From positions 1,472,001 to 1,536,000 of the forward strand of contig CBDBEV010000001.1 of assembly GCA_965204535.1 (NCBI GenBank): 64,000 nucleotides of DNA, given 5' to 3'. This document shows, piece after piece, positions 41,185 through 50,385 of the stretch. Made by a program: the position numbers and the translations under genes. Numbering within the stretch: position 1 is the stretch's first letter; the number at the start of each line of letters is the position of its first letter. This DNA comes from a bacterium. Its GTDB lineage: Bacteria > UBA8248. The notes beneath the pieces are model-generated. The model was given only the letters and a program-made list of their open reading frames with translations. It searched no databases and was not told the DNA's origin.

Positions 41185-41968
41185 TTCCGACCTCCCTTGC
41201 GGTCAGGGCGAAGATGCGCTCCGCCAACTGGTCCTCGGCGACGACGCCGAACGATACCGGGATCGCTCGCCCCGTCTTCGTGTCGTAGAGGACGACGGCG
41301 GGCAGTACCGGGACTTCAATGCCGAGACGCGCGGCGCGGCCGCTATCTGCGACCGCTTCGGGCCAGCCCTCGAGCGCACCCCCGGTCATCGAGACCGCGA
41401 GCATCTCGATCCCGTGACGCAGCGCGAAGGCGCGAAGTAGCGGCCCGAAGACGCGGCATCCCGGACATTTCTCAGAACCCAGGTAGATGAGGCCGTAGCG
41501 CTCGCCGAGCCCTTGCAGGACGCCATCGCGCTCCGCCCTTCGCTCTTCCGTCCAGAGCCTCTTGGCCAGCGCGCCCACCGGGCGCCTCAGCGTGTAGTCG
41601 AGGCCCGGGTTCGCCCAGACCGCGCGCCGGAAGGCGTCCGAGAACGCGGCGGCGGATTGTAAGGCCTCCTGCTGGAGGCGCAGGTAGGCCGTGACGTTCT
41701 TTGGTGTGGGTTCGAGGACAGCCCGCGCGCGGGCCTCCTCTAGCGCCCGGCGTGTCGCGAGGATCCGCTCTTTGGCGCTCGTGGCCGGCGGCGCCTTCGT
41801 CGCCCGCGCTTCCTCTTCCGTTTCCTCCTCGCTCCGGTCGCAATAGAAGTGCCAGCCGAGCGGCGACGCCTCCGCGCCGCACCAGCGGCGCCACTCCCGC
41901 GCCTCTGCGGGCAAGGCCGTAATCAGCACGAAAAGATAGGCGAAGGCCAATGCGCAGATTTTCGTCAT
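41174..41968 (-). CDS. traF: TraF thioredoxin-like protein
   Basis: LGWHFYC, A..EPT.KNV..Y, CPGC. Confidence 0.9.
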   Translation of the reverse strand: MTKICALAFAYLFVLITALPAEAREWRRWCGAEASPLGWHFYCDRSEEETEEEARATKAPPATSAKERILATRRALEEARARAVLEPTPKNVTAYLRLQQEALQSAAAFSDAFRRAVWANPGLDYTLRRPVGALAKRLWTEERRAERDGVLQGLGERYGLIYLGSEKCPGCRVFGPLLRAFALRHGIEMLAVSMTGGALEGWPEAVADSGRAARLGIEVPVLPAVVLYDTKTGRAIPVSFGVVAEDQLAERIFALTAREVGSDY

Positions 41969-41977
41969 GCTCGTTCC

Positions 41978-43054
41978 TCACTTGTTCTTCGTATAGAAAT
42001 CGCGTATGCGCCCTCTCATCAAGGAGCCGGTATCCCCCGAGTCGGGGAGCGTGACGGAAGGCTCGCTCGCGCCGTCCATGAGGTTTTCCGTGAACTCCGA
42101 CAAATCCACGGCCTCGAAGTCGATCCGCTCCATCTCCTCGACGGTGAAGCCGCGGCAGCTGCCCCAGCCGATGCCGAGTTGCGACCGCGCCGCCTCCTGC
42201 AGGATGCGGCCGAGCTTGGAGCCGAAGACGCACCAGACCCGCTCCCTGCGCACGCAGACCCCCAAGATGCGCTTCGCGCACCGCGTGCCCAGGTAATGCG
42301 TGTTCCCGGCGTGGCGCTCCTGCGCCAGGAGGCGCTCCGCCTCGGTGCAATCGCCGAGGCCGATGAGAAGGCCCGAGTCCTTGCAGCAGTTCGCCAGTCC
42401 GCCCCAGCGGATCCGGCACGATCTGCGCTCGCCCCTGAAAAACCTCAAGCTCCCGCGGTCGAATTCCTCGCCGCCGAGTTCCAGCACCATGTTGAGTTTC
42501 GCCGCCGCGTCGACGAAGCCGATACCCGCCTGAGAGGACCTGGCTTCGCAGTCCGCTCCCACGCACCAGGCGACAGAGCCGCAAGTTCCGCCCGATTCGG
42601 CCTGATCGAGGCCCGCGCCGCAGTTCGAGACGGACCCCGACGCCAGACCCGAGGCGCCGAAGCGCGAAGCGCCGGGATCGCCCTGCACCTCATCACCGCG
42701 CACGGATACCGGGTCATCGGTTTCGACCGACGCTTCAGGACGCGCGGTCGTCCCCTCGATCACGGAGCGCCCGGCGCGTCCACCGGGGTCATCGGGATCG
42801 GCGAGCGCACGGGCAGCGGCGTTTTCCAGATCGGCCGCATTCAGGTCCCGCTCGGGCCGGTCCGTTCCCGCGTAGCCGGGCACCCTGGACGTCGATGTCG
42901 GGTCTCGCGCAACGGTGGCGGCCGCCGCCCGGCCCACGTCCCCCATCGCGCGGGCGGCCGCCTTGGGGTCTTCGGCGCGCGAGTCGCCCGCTGACAGGTG
43001 CGCCAGGATGAGCAGGAACAGAATGATGCCCTTCATTTTGTCGTTGCGCCTCAC
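41978..43054 (-). CDS. traN: TraN, unusually short
   Basis: C-terminal NCCK, YLGTRC, CVFGSKLGRILQE, CRGFT..E..IDF; position between trbC and traF. Confidence 0.88.
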   Translation of the reverse strand: MRRNDKMKGIILFLLILAHLSAGDSRAEDPKAAARAMGDVGRAAAATVARDPTSTSRVPGYAGTDRPERDLNAADLENAAARALADPDDPGGRAGRSVIEGTTARPEASVETDDPVSVRGDEVQGDPGASRFGASGLASGSVSNCGAGLDQAESGGTCGSVAWCVGADCEARSSQAGIGFVDAAAKLNMVLELGGEEFDRGSLRFFRGERRSCRIRWGGLANCCKDSGLLIGLGDCTEAERLLAQERHAGNTHYLGTRCAKRILGVCVRRERVWCVFGSKLGRILQEAARSQLGIGWGSCRGFTVEEMERIDFEAVDLSEFTENLMDGASEPSVTLPDSGDTGSLMRGRIRDFYTKNK

Positions 43055-43770
43055 CGATAATCTCCCCTGAGTTTCCCGAGGTGACGCCGCGCCGTCTCCC
43101 GGCCCGGCCCGCCTTCTGTCGCGATAATCGAAAGCGCAGCGTCGAGGCCGATGTTCCCCCCGATAACGTCATGGGGCGGCGCGGGGTCCGCCGAACAACC
43201 GCGGGTCGTACAAAGCGGGACGCCGCCCGGGACGACGGCGACGGTGGGGACCGCCTTCACCTCGAACAGCCGGAAAAGGCGCGGGTCTATGGCGGCGCCG
43301 GCATTTGCAGGGAGATGCGCCCCGACGCGTTTCACCGTGGCCCTGAGTCCTCCCCGCGCGACGCCGCGCAGAACCAGCGGCGCGCCGATCCTGGCCGCCT
43401 CCACGCTCCACTCCCGCCAGGCCGCTGCGGGAACCGACAGGCTCATGAAGACGATGACTTCCGAGCCTCGCGCAGGCTTTGACAAATTATCCGCGAGGCT
43501 CCCGGCGCGGCTTTCCGCCGGGAGGGGGGCGAGGGTCTCAGGGGCGTTTTTGGCGGCGCGCTCCAGAGCGCGTTCGAGCACGGAACGCGACCAGGAGCCG
43601 AGGTCGGCGGGTGGAGATTTTTTTCCCTGCCTGAGTATCTGATCCACGATCTTTTTCGCCGCCTCCGAGGGTTTTTCCTGGGAGTAAGCCGGAGCGTTCC
43701 AAGCCGCAAACAGGAGGGAGCAGGCGAGCAAGGCCATGATTGTGAACGTATGTATCTGATGCCGGCCCAT
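43051..43770 (-). CDS. trbC: F-type TrbC
   Basis: VFMSLSVP, LVLRG, IDPRLFRLF.V.AVP, GNIGL. Confidence 0.9.
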   Translation of the reverse strand: MGRHQIHTFTIMALLACSLLFAAWNAPAYSQEKPSEAAKKIVDQILRQGKKSPPADLGSWSRSVLERALERAAKNAPETLAPLPAESRAGSLADNLSKPARGSEVIVFMSLSVPAAAWREWSVEAARIGAPLVLRGVARGGLRATVKRVGAHLPANAGAAIDPRLFRLFEVKAVPTVAVVPGGVPLCTTRGCSADPAPPHDVIGGNIGLDAALSIIATEGGPGRETARRHLGKLRGDYR

Positions 43771-43780
43771 ATCAAAATCC

Positions 43781-44782
43781 TTAGAGTAGGCAGCAGTTGC
43801 GCTTGCGCCAGAGCAGGTACCCGAAATTCTCCCCCGCGACCGGGAGTTCGCGGAGCGTCTCCCAGAGAACCGTGGAGCGGCCCGTCGGGTTGCAGCCGGT
43901 CAGCGCCGAGGTGGCGGGCACCGGCTGGGTCATCTGCCAGCGGTACTGTGATTTCTTCATGATGGGCATGGGATAGCGGCCGCACAGCGCGGCCGAGCCC
44001 GACGTGCCCCAGGCGAGCAGGGTGCGGTGCAGGCGGAAGACGAGACGCTGTGCGGCAAGCAGCGATGCCTGCACGCCGCCCACGTGGGCGCCCACGTTGC
44101 CGGTCAGGGGGTACATCGCGCCCTGACAGCCCGCGCACCAGTAGAGCGCGTCGAGCGGCAGGCCCGCAGAGGCCGCCGCGCAGTCCGCGGCGCACGCCGC
44201 CTGGGCGGGCAGGTCCGCGAAGAGCGCGGCTTCGGGACTCAGCAGGAACGAGAGCTCATCATCCCGCCAGGCCGGGTCGAGCTCCGATACCCAGGCGATG
44301 TCGAGGCCGCCGCCTTCCAGACAGCCCAGGTCCAGCAGCGCCCCGATCCACGAGAGCAGCGGGTAGACGTAGTAGTGGACGTGCCAGGTGGAGCCTTGCG
44401 CGCCGTCCCCGCCCGATGCGCCCGTCCGACCGCGTCCGGCGGGCAAACCCCCGTCGATGGTCAATCCACCGAGATTCGGGAAACACCAGGGCGCGCGGCT
44501 CGCGTCGATCAGGCGCGCGGGTTCCCAGACGCCCAGCGAGAGGCCGATCCGGGGGATGGGACTCCCGCAGTAACAGATCGGGGACCCGGGATTGGGCGTG
44601 TCCGGCGCGCCGGCGGCCGCGCCTATCCGGATCGGTCCTATCGATATCGGAAAAAGGCACTCCCAGCACACGTCCGTCACGGGGTTCACGAAACGGCCCG
44701 TGCACGACTGCGCAGAAGCGCCCTGCGCTGACAGAACGGCGACGAGAAATATGATGAGTCCTGAAATTTTCAGGGACTTCAT
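43781..44782 (-). CDS. traU: TraU
   Basis: CTGRFVNPVTDVCWECLFP, WEPARL, SELDP.W, WRKRNCC. Confidence 0.95.
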   Translation of the reverse strand: MKSLKISGLIIFLVAVLSAQGASAQSCTGRFVNPVTDVCWECLFPISIGPIRIGAAAGAPDTPNPGSPICYCGSPIPRIGLSLGVWEPARLIDASRAPWCFPNLGGLTIDGGLPAGRGRTGASGGDGAQGSTWHVHYYVYPLLSWIGALLDLGCLEGGGLDIAWVSELDPAWRDDELSFLLSPEAALFADLPAQAACAADCAAASAGLPLDALYWCAGCQGAMYPLTGNVGAHVGGVQASLLAAQRLVFRLHRTLLAWGTSGSAALCGRYPMPIMKKSQYRWQMTQPVPATSALTGCNPTGRSTVLWETLRELPVAGENFGYLLWRKRNCCLL

Positions 44783-45444
44783 GGACGCTCTCCTGCGCTT
44801 TCGGGTTCGTCTTCGAGCGGCACTTCCGTGATCCGCAGGAAGACTCCTTCCGCCGCGACCAACGAAGGCGTGGCGACGACGCCCAGGCGCCTCGCGAGCC
44901 TGCCGCCCTGGTCGAAGAAGAACGCCCGCCCGTGGGCGCGGGCGAGGTCCAGCGGACGGCCAGCGAGCAGTACGATCACGGAGGGTTTTTCGCGGGCAAT
45001 CGCCCAGTCGACCTCGACCGGGCGCGTCCCGTCGATGAAGAGGAGATCGCGGGTTAAGGGGTGTTTTTCAAGGGGATTGATCCGGGTCCCCCGGGCCGCG
45101 ACCAGCGTCCCCTCGGCCGTCCTGATGTCCTGTCCGACCGTGATGGTGGGGTCGAACCGCCTGATCCTGAGAAAGCGCGCAGGCTTGACGCCCGCGACGC
45201 GGGGAGGCGCCTCGACCCGCTCCCGGGCGCGTTCCACGGCTTCACGCCTCATGCGGTCCGCCTCGCCCGTGTCCTCCATTTCCTCGAGCCTGGCCTCGAT
45301 CTCGCGCAAAAGGTCGGGCTCCTCGATGGGCCATACCGCTCCGCGGACGCCTAAGTCCTTCGCCGCAGCGGCGCCGGCGGCGAGGACGAAGACACATGCC
45401 ATCACGGTCCTCATGAGACGTGAATGAAGCGAGTGTCGCCTCAT
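44779..45444 (-). CDS. traW: TraW
   Basis: DLGVRGAVWPIEEPDLL, FDPTI, INPL, FFDQGG. Confidence 0.93.
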   Translation of the reverse strand: MRRHSLHSRLMRTVMACVFVLAAGAAAAKDLGVRGAVWPIEEPDLLREIEARLEEMEDTGEADRMRREAVERARERVEAPPRVAGVKPARFLRIRRFDPTITVGQDIRTAEGTLVAARGTRINPLEKHPLTRDLLFIDGTRPVEVDWAIAREKPSVIVLLAGRPLDLARAHGRAFFFDQGGRLARRLGVVATPSLVAAEGVFLRITEVPLEDEPESAGERP

Positions 45445-45995
45445 GGCCGCACCTCCCCGGGTTTCGCGAGAGGACCTTCGAGGCCCAGCCAGGGGAGGTC
45501 AGGCAGCGCCACGGCGCGGCCACGGATTCGCTCGCGCGGCACGAGGCCGATCTCGCGGTACCTGCTGTCGTGACTGTCCTTGTGCTCCGCATGGACGTAG
45601 TAGTGGCCCGGCGGGATGACTCCCGGTTCGATGGCGGCAAGCGGACGGCCGTCAAGCGCGCGCCGCTTTGCGACTCCTGTTAAAACGCCGTTCACGCTGA
45701 CGCGCCGTTCATCATCCACCTCCACGCGCTCGCCCGGCAGGCCGCTGACGCGTTTCAGATACGGAATCGGCGAATCGGCGGCTTCGGGCGGGTCAAAGAG
45801 GACGAGGTCGCCGCGCTGTGGCGCTCCGATCAGCGGCAGCGCGAAGTATCCCCATGCGCCGTCGGAGGTGCTGGCGTTCACGTGGACGCGCGATGCCGCC
45901 GCGAGCCACAGGCCCGAGAGAACGGCCATGCAGACCAGGAGCCTGAAGCCCCTGGGGTTCGTTCGGCCCTTTGCGGCCTCATCGGTCATCAGCAT
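45441..45995 (-). CDS. trhF: S26 conjugative signal peptidase (TrhF type)
   Basis: NASTS, YLKRVSGLPGE, DSHDSRY..IG. Confidence 0.88.
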   Translation of the reverse strand: MLMTDEAAKGRTNPRGFRLLVCMAVLSGLWLAAASRVHVNASTSDGAWGYFALPLIGAPQRGDLVLFDPPEAADSPIPYLKRVSGLPGERVEVDDERRVSVNGVLTGVAKRRALDGRPLAAIEPGVIPPGHYYVHAEHKDSHDSRYREIGLVPRERIRGRAVALPDLPWLGLEGPLAKPGEVRP

Positions 45996-46365
45996 TTTTC
46001 TTCTCCCTGTTCGATGAAGTCCTGCTAGCGAGTTCCGTCATCACGGCCTCGACCTCCTCCGTCAGGTCCTCTGCGCCCGCGGCGACGGCGCCCGCCGTGA
46101 GCAGGACGACGCCCCGGCGCGCGGCGGTTCGCGCGAGCGCCTCCTCCAGCCTTCTCGCCCAGTCGCGGGCGGCGGCCAGGGTTTTCCTGGAATCTCCACC
46201 ATCGCGCAGCGACTTCGTGACGTAGGCCGCCGTGAGGCTCGATAGCCGCACGCTCGCGATATGATGGGGTTTTCCGGGAGCAAACCTCACTGTCCCGGCC
46301 GAGACGGCGGCGGCGACGCCCGCCGCGAGCAGGAGAGTGGCCGCGAACCCGGAAACCCCGTTCAT
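45979..46365 (-). CDS. trbI: F-type TrbI-like protein
   Basis: N-terminal TM, VVLL...AV..GAEDLT; position. Confidence 0.75.
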   Translation of the reverse strand: MNGVSGFAATLLLAAGVAAAVSAGTVRFAPGKPHHIASVRLSSLTAAYVTKSLRDGGDSRKTLAAARDWARRLEEALARTAARRGVVLLTAGAVAAGAEDLTEEVEAVMTELASRTSSNREKKNADDR

Positions 46366-46610
46366 GGCCGCTCCCCCGCGGCGCAAAGCGCATCATCCAT
46401 CTCGACCCACTCCGCGGCGTCATGACGCCTGAACCACGCCGTTCCCTCCTCGTCATGGAACATGTAGTGGAACCGGCCCGCGTAGAGGCGCTCACCTGCG
46501 TCGGCCGAGAGCACGCCCGAAGCGATAGCGGCGCGGAACACGGCGTCGGCGTCCTCGTACACCCGAATGAAGCGCTCAGGATCCGAGTGCTGCCTGCGAT
46601 CAGGCCGCAT
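46362..46610 (-). CDS. Small hypothetical protein
   Basis: GGGAGG RBS, ATGA coupling to trbI; F.AAI..G.LS...YAG..YM pattern. Confidence 0.6.
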   Translation of the reverse strand: MRPDRRQHSDPERFIRVYEDADAVFRAAIASGVLSADAGERLYAGRFHYMFHDEEGTAWFRRHDAAEWVEMDDALCAAGERP

Positions 46611-47328
46611 CGCGCGAACCTCCCGCCCGGGGCGTCCCATCTTTTTCTTTCGGCGTTTGTGCTTGCGTGGCATATGCTTTCTCCTCACGGTTGTTGCCGG
46701 ATACCCCGGGATGGGGAGCGGAAATGCTTCCAGCCGCGCCGGGGGTTTCCCTGAGCGCGTTCAGGCGCTCGAGCCAGAGCCTCGCCGCGCGCTCCGGAGC
46801 AAGGGACCTGATCCTTCTCTCAATCGGCGGGAAGGTGAGGAGCGGGGATACATTCGCGCCCGCTCCCGGTACGTCGCGCTCCTCGGCCGCATCGGCCATC
46901 CGGGCCACGAAGCTAACGAGTTCCGCAGGCGCTGAAGCCGGCTTTGCATCGAGTCCGGCCGCCTCGCGTACCGCGCGGTCCGTTTTTTCACCGAGCCGTC
47001 TCAGCCGCGGCGTCGAGCGACGCGAGGGGGCGCCGCCGGACCCCAACCAGGCGACGGCGGCTTCATAAAGCAGGGCCAGGAGCGCCGCTTCCCTCACGTC
47101 GCCTCCCGCAGTGGCGGCCAGGTCCTCTATCGCCTCGCTCATCGCGACCCCGTGCGCCGCGACCGAGTGATAGCGCCTCACCCGTCCCTCCCTTCTGCAG
47201 GTGTTGGCGAGCACGTGGGCCAGGGCCTCGAAGTCGACCGAGTCGGCCGCAAGCAGTTCGGGGTCCCCCGGCCAGGCGAGGGGCTTCTCCCCGGCGGCGC
47301 CTGCGTGGACTCTTTTTTTCGCGTTCAT
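46600..47328 (-). CDS. Degenerate HD-superfamily (YfbR/YfdR-like) protein
   Basis: VDFEALAHVLANTCR..G....HSVAAH matches the family start; LLYEA replaces LLHDA. Confidence 0.7.
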   Translation of the reverse strand: MNAKKRVHAGAAGEKPLAWPGDPELLAADSVDFEALAHVLANTCRREGRVRRYHSVAAHGVAMSEAIEDLAATAGGDVREAALLALLYEAAVAWLGSGGAPSRRSTPRLRRLGEKTDRAVREAAGLDAKPASAPAELVSFVARMADAAEERDVPGAGANVSPLLTFPPIERRIRSLAPERAARLWLERLNALRETPGAAGSISAPHPGVSGNNREEKAYATQAQTPKEKDGTPRAGGSRDAA

Positions 47329-47374
47329 GTGATCTCCTTTTCGTGTTCATACAGATAATCTTGCGATGGATGAC

Positions 47375-49903
47375 TCATTGCGCGACCTCAGCTGACGCCT
47401 CCTCCGGGAGACCCTCATCCGCGATTCGCAGTACGGCTTCTTCCGTCGTGAGGCCATCACTTTTCAGTTTCTCGATCGCTGCGAAGGCGGGTCCACGCGA
47501 TGAGTAGAGCGCGCCCGACACGCGGTCGAGGGCGAGGCGGGCGACGCGCCAGCCGTCCGGGCCGTGGAGGACGAGTTCGGCATGGCGCCCGTCCACCGTG
47601 GCGAGGCTCTTGAGCGCCCGCTCCATCCCCGGATCGCAGTGGATGCGCTTTTCCTGCTTGAGGAGTTCGACGGACTCGTCCTTTTGCGCCAGAAATATCG
47701 TCCAGTCGGCGTTGTCCCAAGCGGCGCGGGCGGCGGGGTTCGCGTAGTAGTCGTTCACGCTCTGGGTGCCCGTCACGAGCGCGCCCCGGTATTTTCTCGC
47801 GCGGCGGGCCGCGCCTTCCAGGAACGCCTTGCTGTCCTCGCCCGAGAGCAGGTCCCAGGCCTCATCAATAACGATCGCCTTGGGCCGCGTCCTCGGCCCG
47901 TGGTACATCCGCTGCGTCGCGAGAAACACCACGAGCATGAGGACCACGCCCTGAAGGTCGCCGCGCCCCTTGAGTTCCGCGAGTTCGAACACGGTGAGCG
48001 CGGCATCGAGCGCGGGCGTCCCGCCTCCCTCGAAGAGCCTTCCCATCGCACCGCCCGGCCGCCAGGGACCGAGCGCGAGCGCCATATCGGCCGCGCGCCT
48101 GTCGCCCGCGGATTCCAGTCTTTTTTGCACGAGGCCTAAATCCGCGTCGTTTCCGGCGTCCTCCCAGGCGCGCGCGATGGCCTCATCAATCAGCGCGGCC
48201 TCAATGTCGTCTATCCGCCCGCGCCTCCGGCACATGCGGCCGATGACCGAAGCCAGCATGGCGAAGCACTCTTCCCGGTAGTCGCCGTCTCTTGCGGCCG
48301 TCTCCTTGTCGATCATGGCGAAGGGGTTCAGCCGCGCCGGGTCCTTGCCGAAGGCGATGAAGGCGCCGCCGAGCGCCTCGGCCGTATGCTGGAAGGATCG
48401 CCCGTCGTCGATGACGACGGCCTCGCCTCCCGCGCCGGCGATGCCTGCGACCAGTTCCTGCATCAGGACGGATTTACCCGAACCCGACTTCCCCGTGACG
48501 GCCACGTTGTAGTTTCCCGCCTCGTTCGCGAACGGGGACCAGGGGGCGGGCTGGCCCCGCCTTCCCAGGAGCAATAGCGCGGGCGGGGCGTCGGGATTCG
48601 GCCGCTGGCCGCGCCACTCCCCGTGTACTGGCGCCAGGTTGACGGCTGATGAAGTCAACAGCGTCTTCATCCGCCCCATCCGGGCGAGGTCGGCGTCGAG
48701 TCCGCCCGCAGGCGCCATGGGCAGGCAGGAGAGCCAGGCGGGGAGGTGGGCGTAGCGCTCCGCCCCCAGCCGCCAGCCCTGCCCGTGGTAGATGGCGCGC
48801 ACCGCCTGTTCGGCCTCATCCATCGCTTCCGGTGTCGCGTAGACGCAGACGGCGTAACAGGCCCGGACCAGGCGCTCGCCCTCTTTCAGCCTTTCGGTCA
48901 CGAAACGCCAGTCGCGCGCCTTCTCTGGAAGCCCCGGCAGGTAGCGCGCGATTCCCGTTCCGGCCTGCTGCGTCGCGCGGGCGGACTTCAGGAACGCTCG
49001 CTCCCCGTCCGCCGCCTCGCCCATCATCACGGTGAGCGCGGTCAGGACCGGCGCGCCGGGCTGCAGGAAGTCGCGATAGAAATCCCCTATCAGGGCGTTT
49101 CCCCGCCAGCCGGGCCAGACTTCAGGGTATCCGCGGGCCGTCAGGACGCGCACGGCGACGTCGGCGCCCTCATGATGATGGAAGAGCAGTCCCTCGGGCG
49201 CGACGCTCATCGCCCGTCCGGGGGCAGCGCATTGAAGATGGACCGGATCGCGCGGCGACCAGCGCCTCTCTGGCCGCATAAGACCCCCGTCGTACGCGCC
49301 TTCGATGTCGGGCGCCGTGAGTTCCGCGGCGAGTGACAACAATTCGTCCGGCTCCGTCCGCCGCGCCCATGTACCGATCGAGGCGAGCGCGCCCTCGAGT
49401 GCGCGCCGGAACCCGCCAAGCGCGGTCTCTGACGCGGGCCCCGGACGGCCCGGCAGGCTCGCCGTGAGGAACACCCGGCAGTCGTTCAGGGTGCAGGGCG
49501 GGCCTCCCGCGTGGAGCGGACGCCAGCCGGCGCCCGTGAAGAGCGCTTCTCTGCGCTTCGCCATCACGGCCAGGAGGCCGCCCGCCGTCTCCCTGGATCC
49601 CGCCCACTGTGCGAGCGCCGCCCCGTAGCGGGGACTCGCCCAGTGGATCACCTGCACCACCGAGCGATCGGGCGCGGAATCGGCGAGCGTTCCCGCAAGC
49701 GTGTCCAGCGTCCCCTCGTCCACGCCCGCGAAAGGCGGGAGTTCGAGCACGAAGCCGAGACTGCCCGCGTTCACGTAGAACTCGCCCGCCTCGTCCCAGG
49801 CCCGCCAGGGAAGCAGTTCCACCAGGGGCGCAGGCATGGCCGGGAGGGAGCGGGGCGCGAGCGCCTCCGCGCCGCCCAGGATATCCTTGAGACGCCCGAT
49901 CAC
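47375..49903 (-). CDS. traC: VirB4-family ATPase TraC
   Basis: GNYNVAVTGKSGSGKS, IDDGRS, IDEAW, RRARKY.G, TQS. Confidence 0.95.
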   Translation of the reverse strand: MIGRLKDILGGAEALAPRSLPAMPAPLVELLPWRAWDEAGEFYVNAGSLGFVLELPPFAGVDEGTLDTLAGTLADSAPDRSVVQVIHWASPRYGAALAQWAGSRETAGGLLAVMAKRREALFTGAGWRPLHAGGPPCTLNDCRVFLTASLPGRPGPASETALGGFRRALEGALASIGTWARRTEPDELLSLAAELTAPDIEGAYDGGLMRPERRWSPRDPVHLQCAAPGRAMSVAPEGLLFHHHEGADVAVRVLTARGYPEVWPGWRGNALIGDFYRDFLQPGAPVLTALTVMMGEAADGERAFLKSARATQQAGTGIARYLPGLPEKARDWRFVTERLKEGERLVRACYAVCVYATPEAMDEAEQAVRAIYHGQGWRLGAERYAHLPAWLSCLPMAPAGGLDADLARMGRMKTLLTSSAVNLAPVHGEWRGQRPNPDAPPALLLLGRRGQPAPWSPFANEAGNYNVAVTGKSGSGKSVLMQELVAGIAGAGGEAVVIDDGRSFQHTAEALGGAFIAFGKDPARLNPFAMIDKETAARDGDYREECFAMLASVIGRMCRRRGRIDDIEAALIDEAIARAWEDAGNDADLGLVQKRLESAGDRRAADMALALGPWRPGGAMGRLFEGGGTPALDAALTVFELAELKGRGDLQGVVLMLVVFLATQRMYHGPRTRPKAIVIDEAWDLLSGEDSKAFLEGAARRARKYRGALVTGTQSVNDYYANPAARAAWDNADWTIFLAQKDESVELLKQEKRIHCDPGMERALKSLATVDGRHAELVLHGPDGWRVARLALDRVSGALYSSRGPAFAAIEKLKSDGLTTEEAVLRIADEGLPEEASAEVAQ

Positions 49904-50385
49904 GGCAGCCTCCAGCGCGCGGGCCTCACCACGACGCGCACCCAGTGACCCTCGCGGTAGACGCCGCTCATGTCCACGTAGGGCGCTATCCAGATGCGGG
50001 CGATGCGTTCTTTCGTGCGAAGGTTTTCATGGGGCGAAATCAGTGTCTCCTCGACGACCGGGGTAGATAGCGGCTCCGCCGTGGCGGCGCCCTCGTCCTG
50101 TTCCTCCTCATTACGGAACAGTTCCACGAACCAGGCGATGAGGCCGCTCAGGCCCGGGAACCCGTTCGTTTCCGTGGGACGAGGGGGAGCGGGAAGCGTC
50201 GTTTCCCGTCCCTCTCCCGGCGCACGGGCGGCGGGATCCGCATCGGTGACGCTCTGACACGCCGTTCCCTGCGCGAGGGGGCACTGCCAGGACTCGCCCA
50301 CATGGCTGCTGCTCGCGCAACCCGTGACGAGCGCCGCTAGCAAGAGGGGCGCGAGCGCCCGCATGTAAAGTTTTGTTATTTTCAT
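49900..50385 (-). CDS. traV: TraV lipoprotein
   Basis: VTGC lipobox, WQC....G..C, RIWIAPYVD..G. Confidence 0.9.
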   Translation of the reverse strand: MKITKLYMRALAPLLLAALVTGCASSSHVGESWQCPLAQGTACQSVTDADPAARAPGEGRETTLPAPPRPTETNGFPGLSGLIAWFVELFRNEEEQDEGAATAEPLSTPVVEETLISPHENLRTKERIARIWIAPYVDMSGVYREGHWVRVVVRPARWRLP

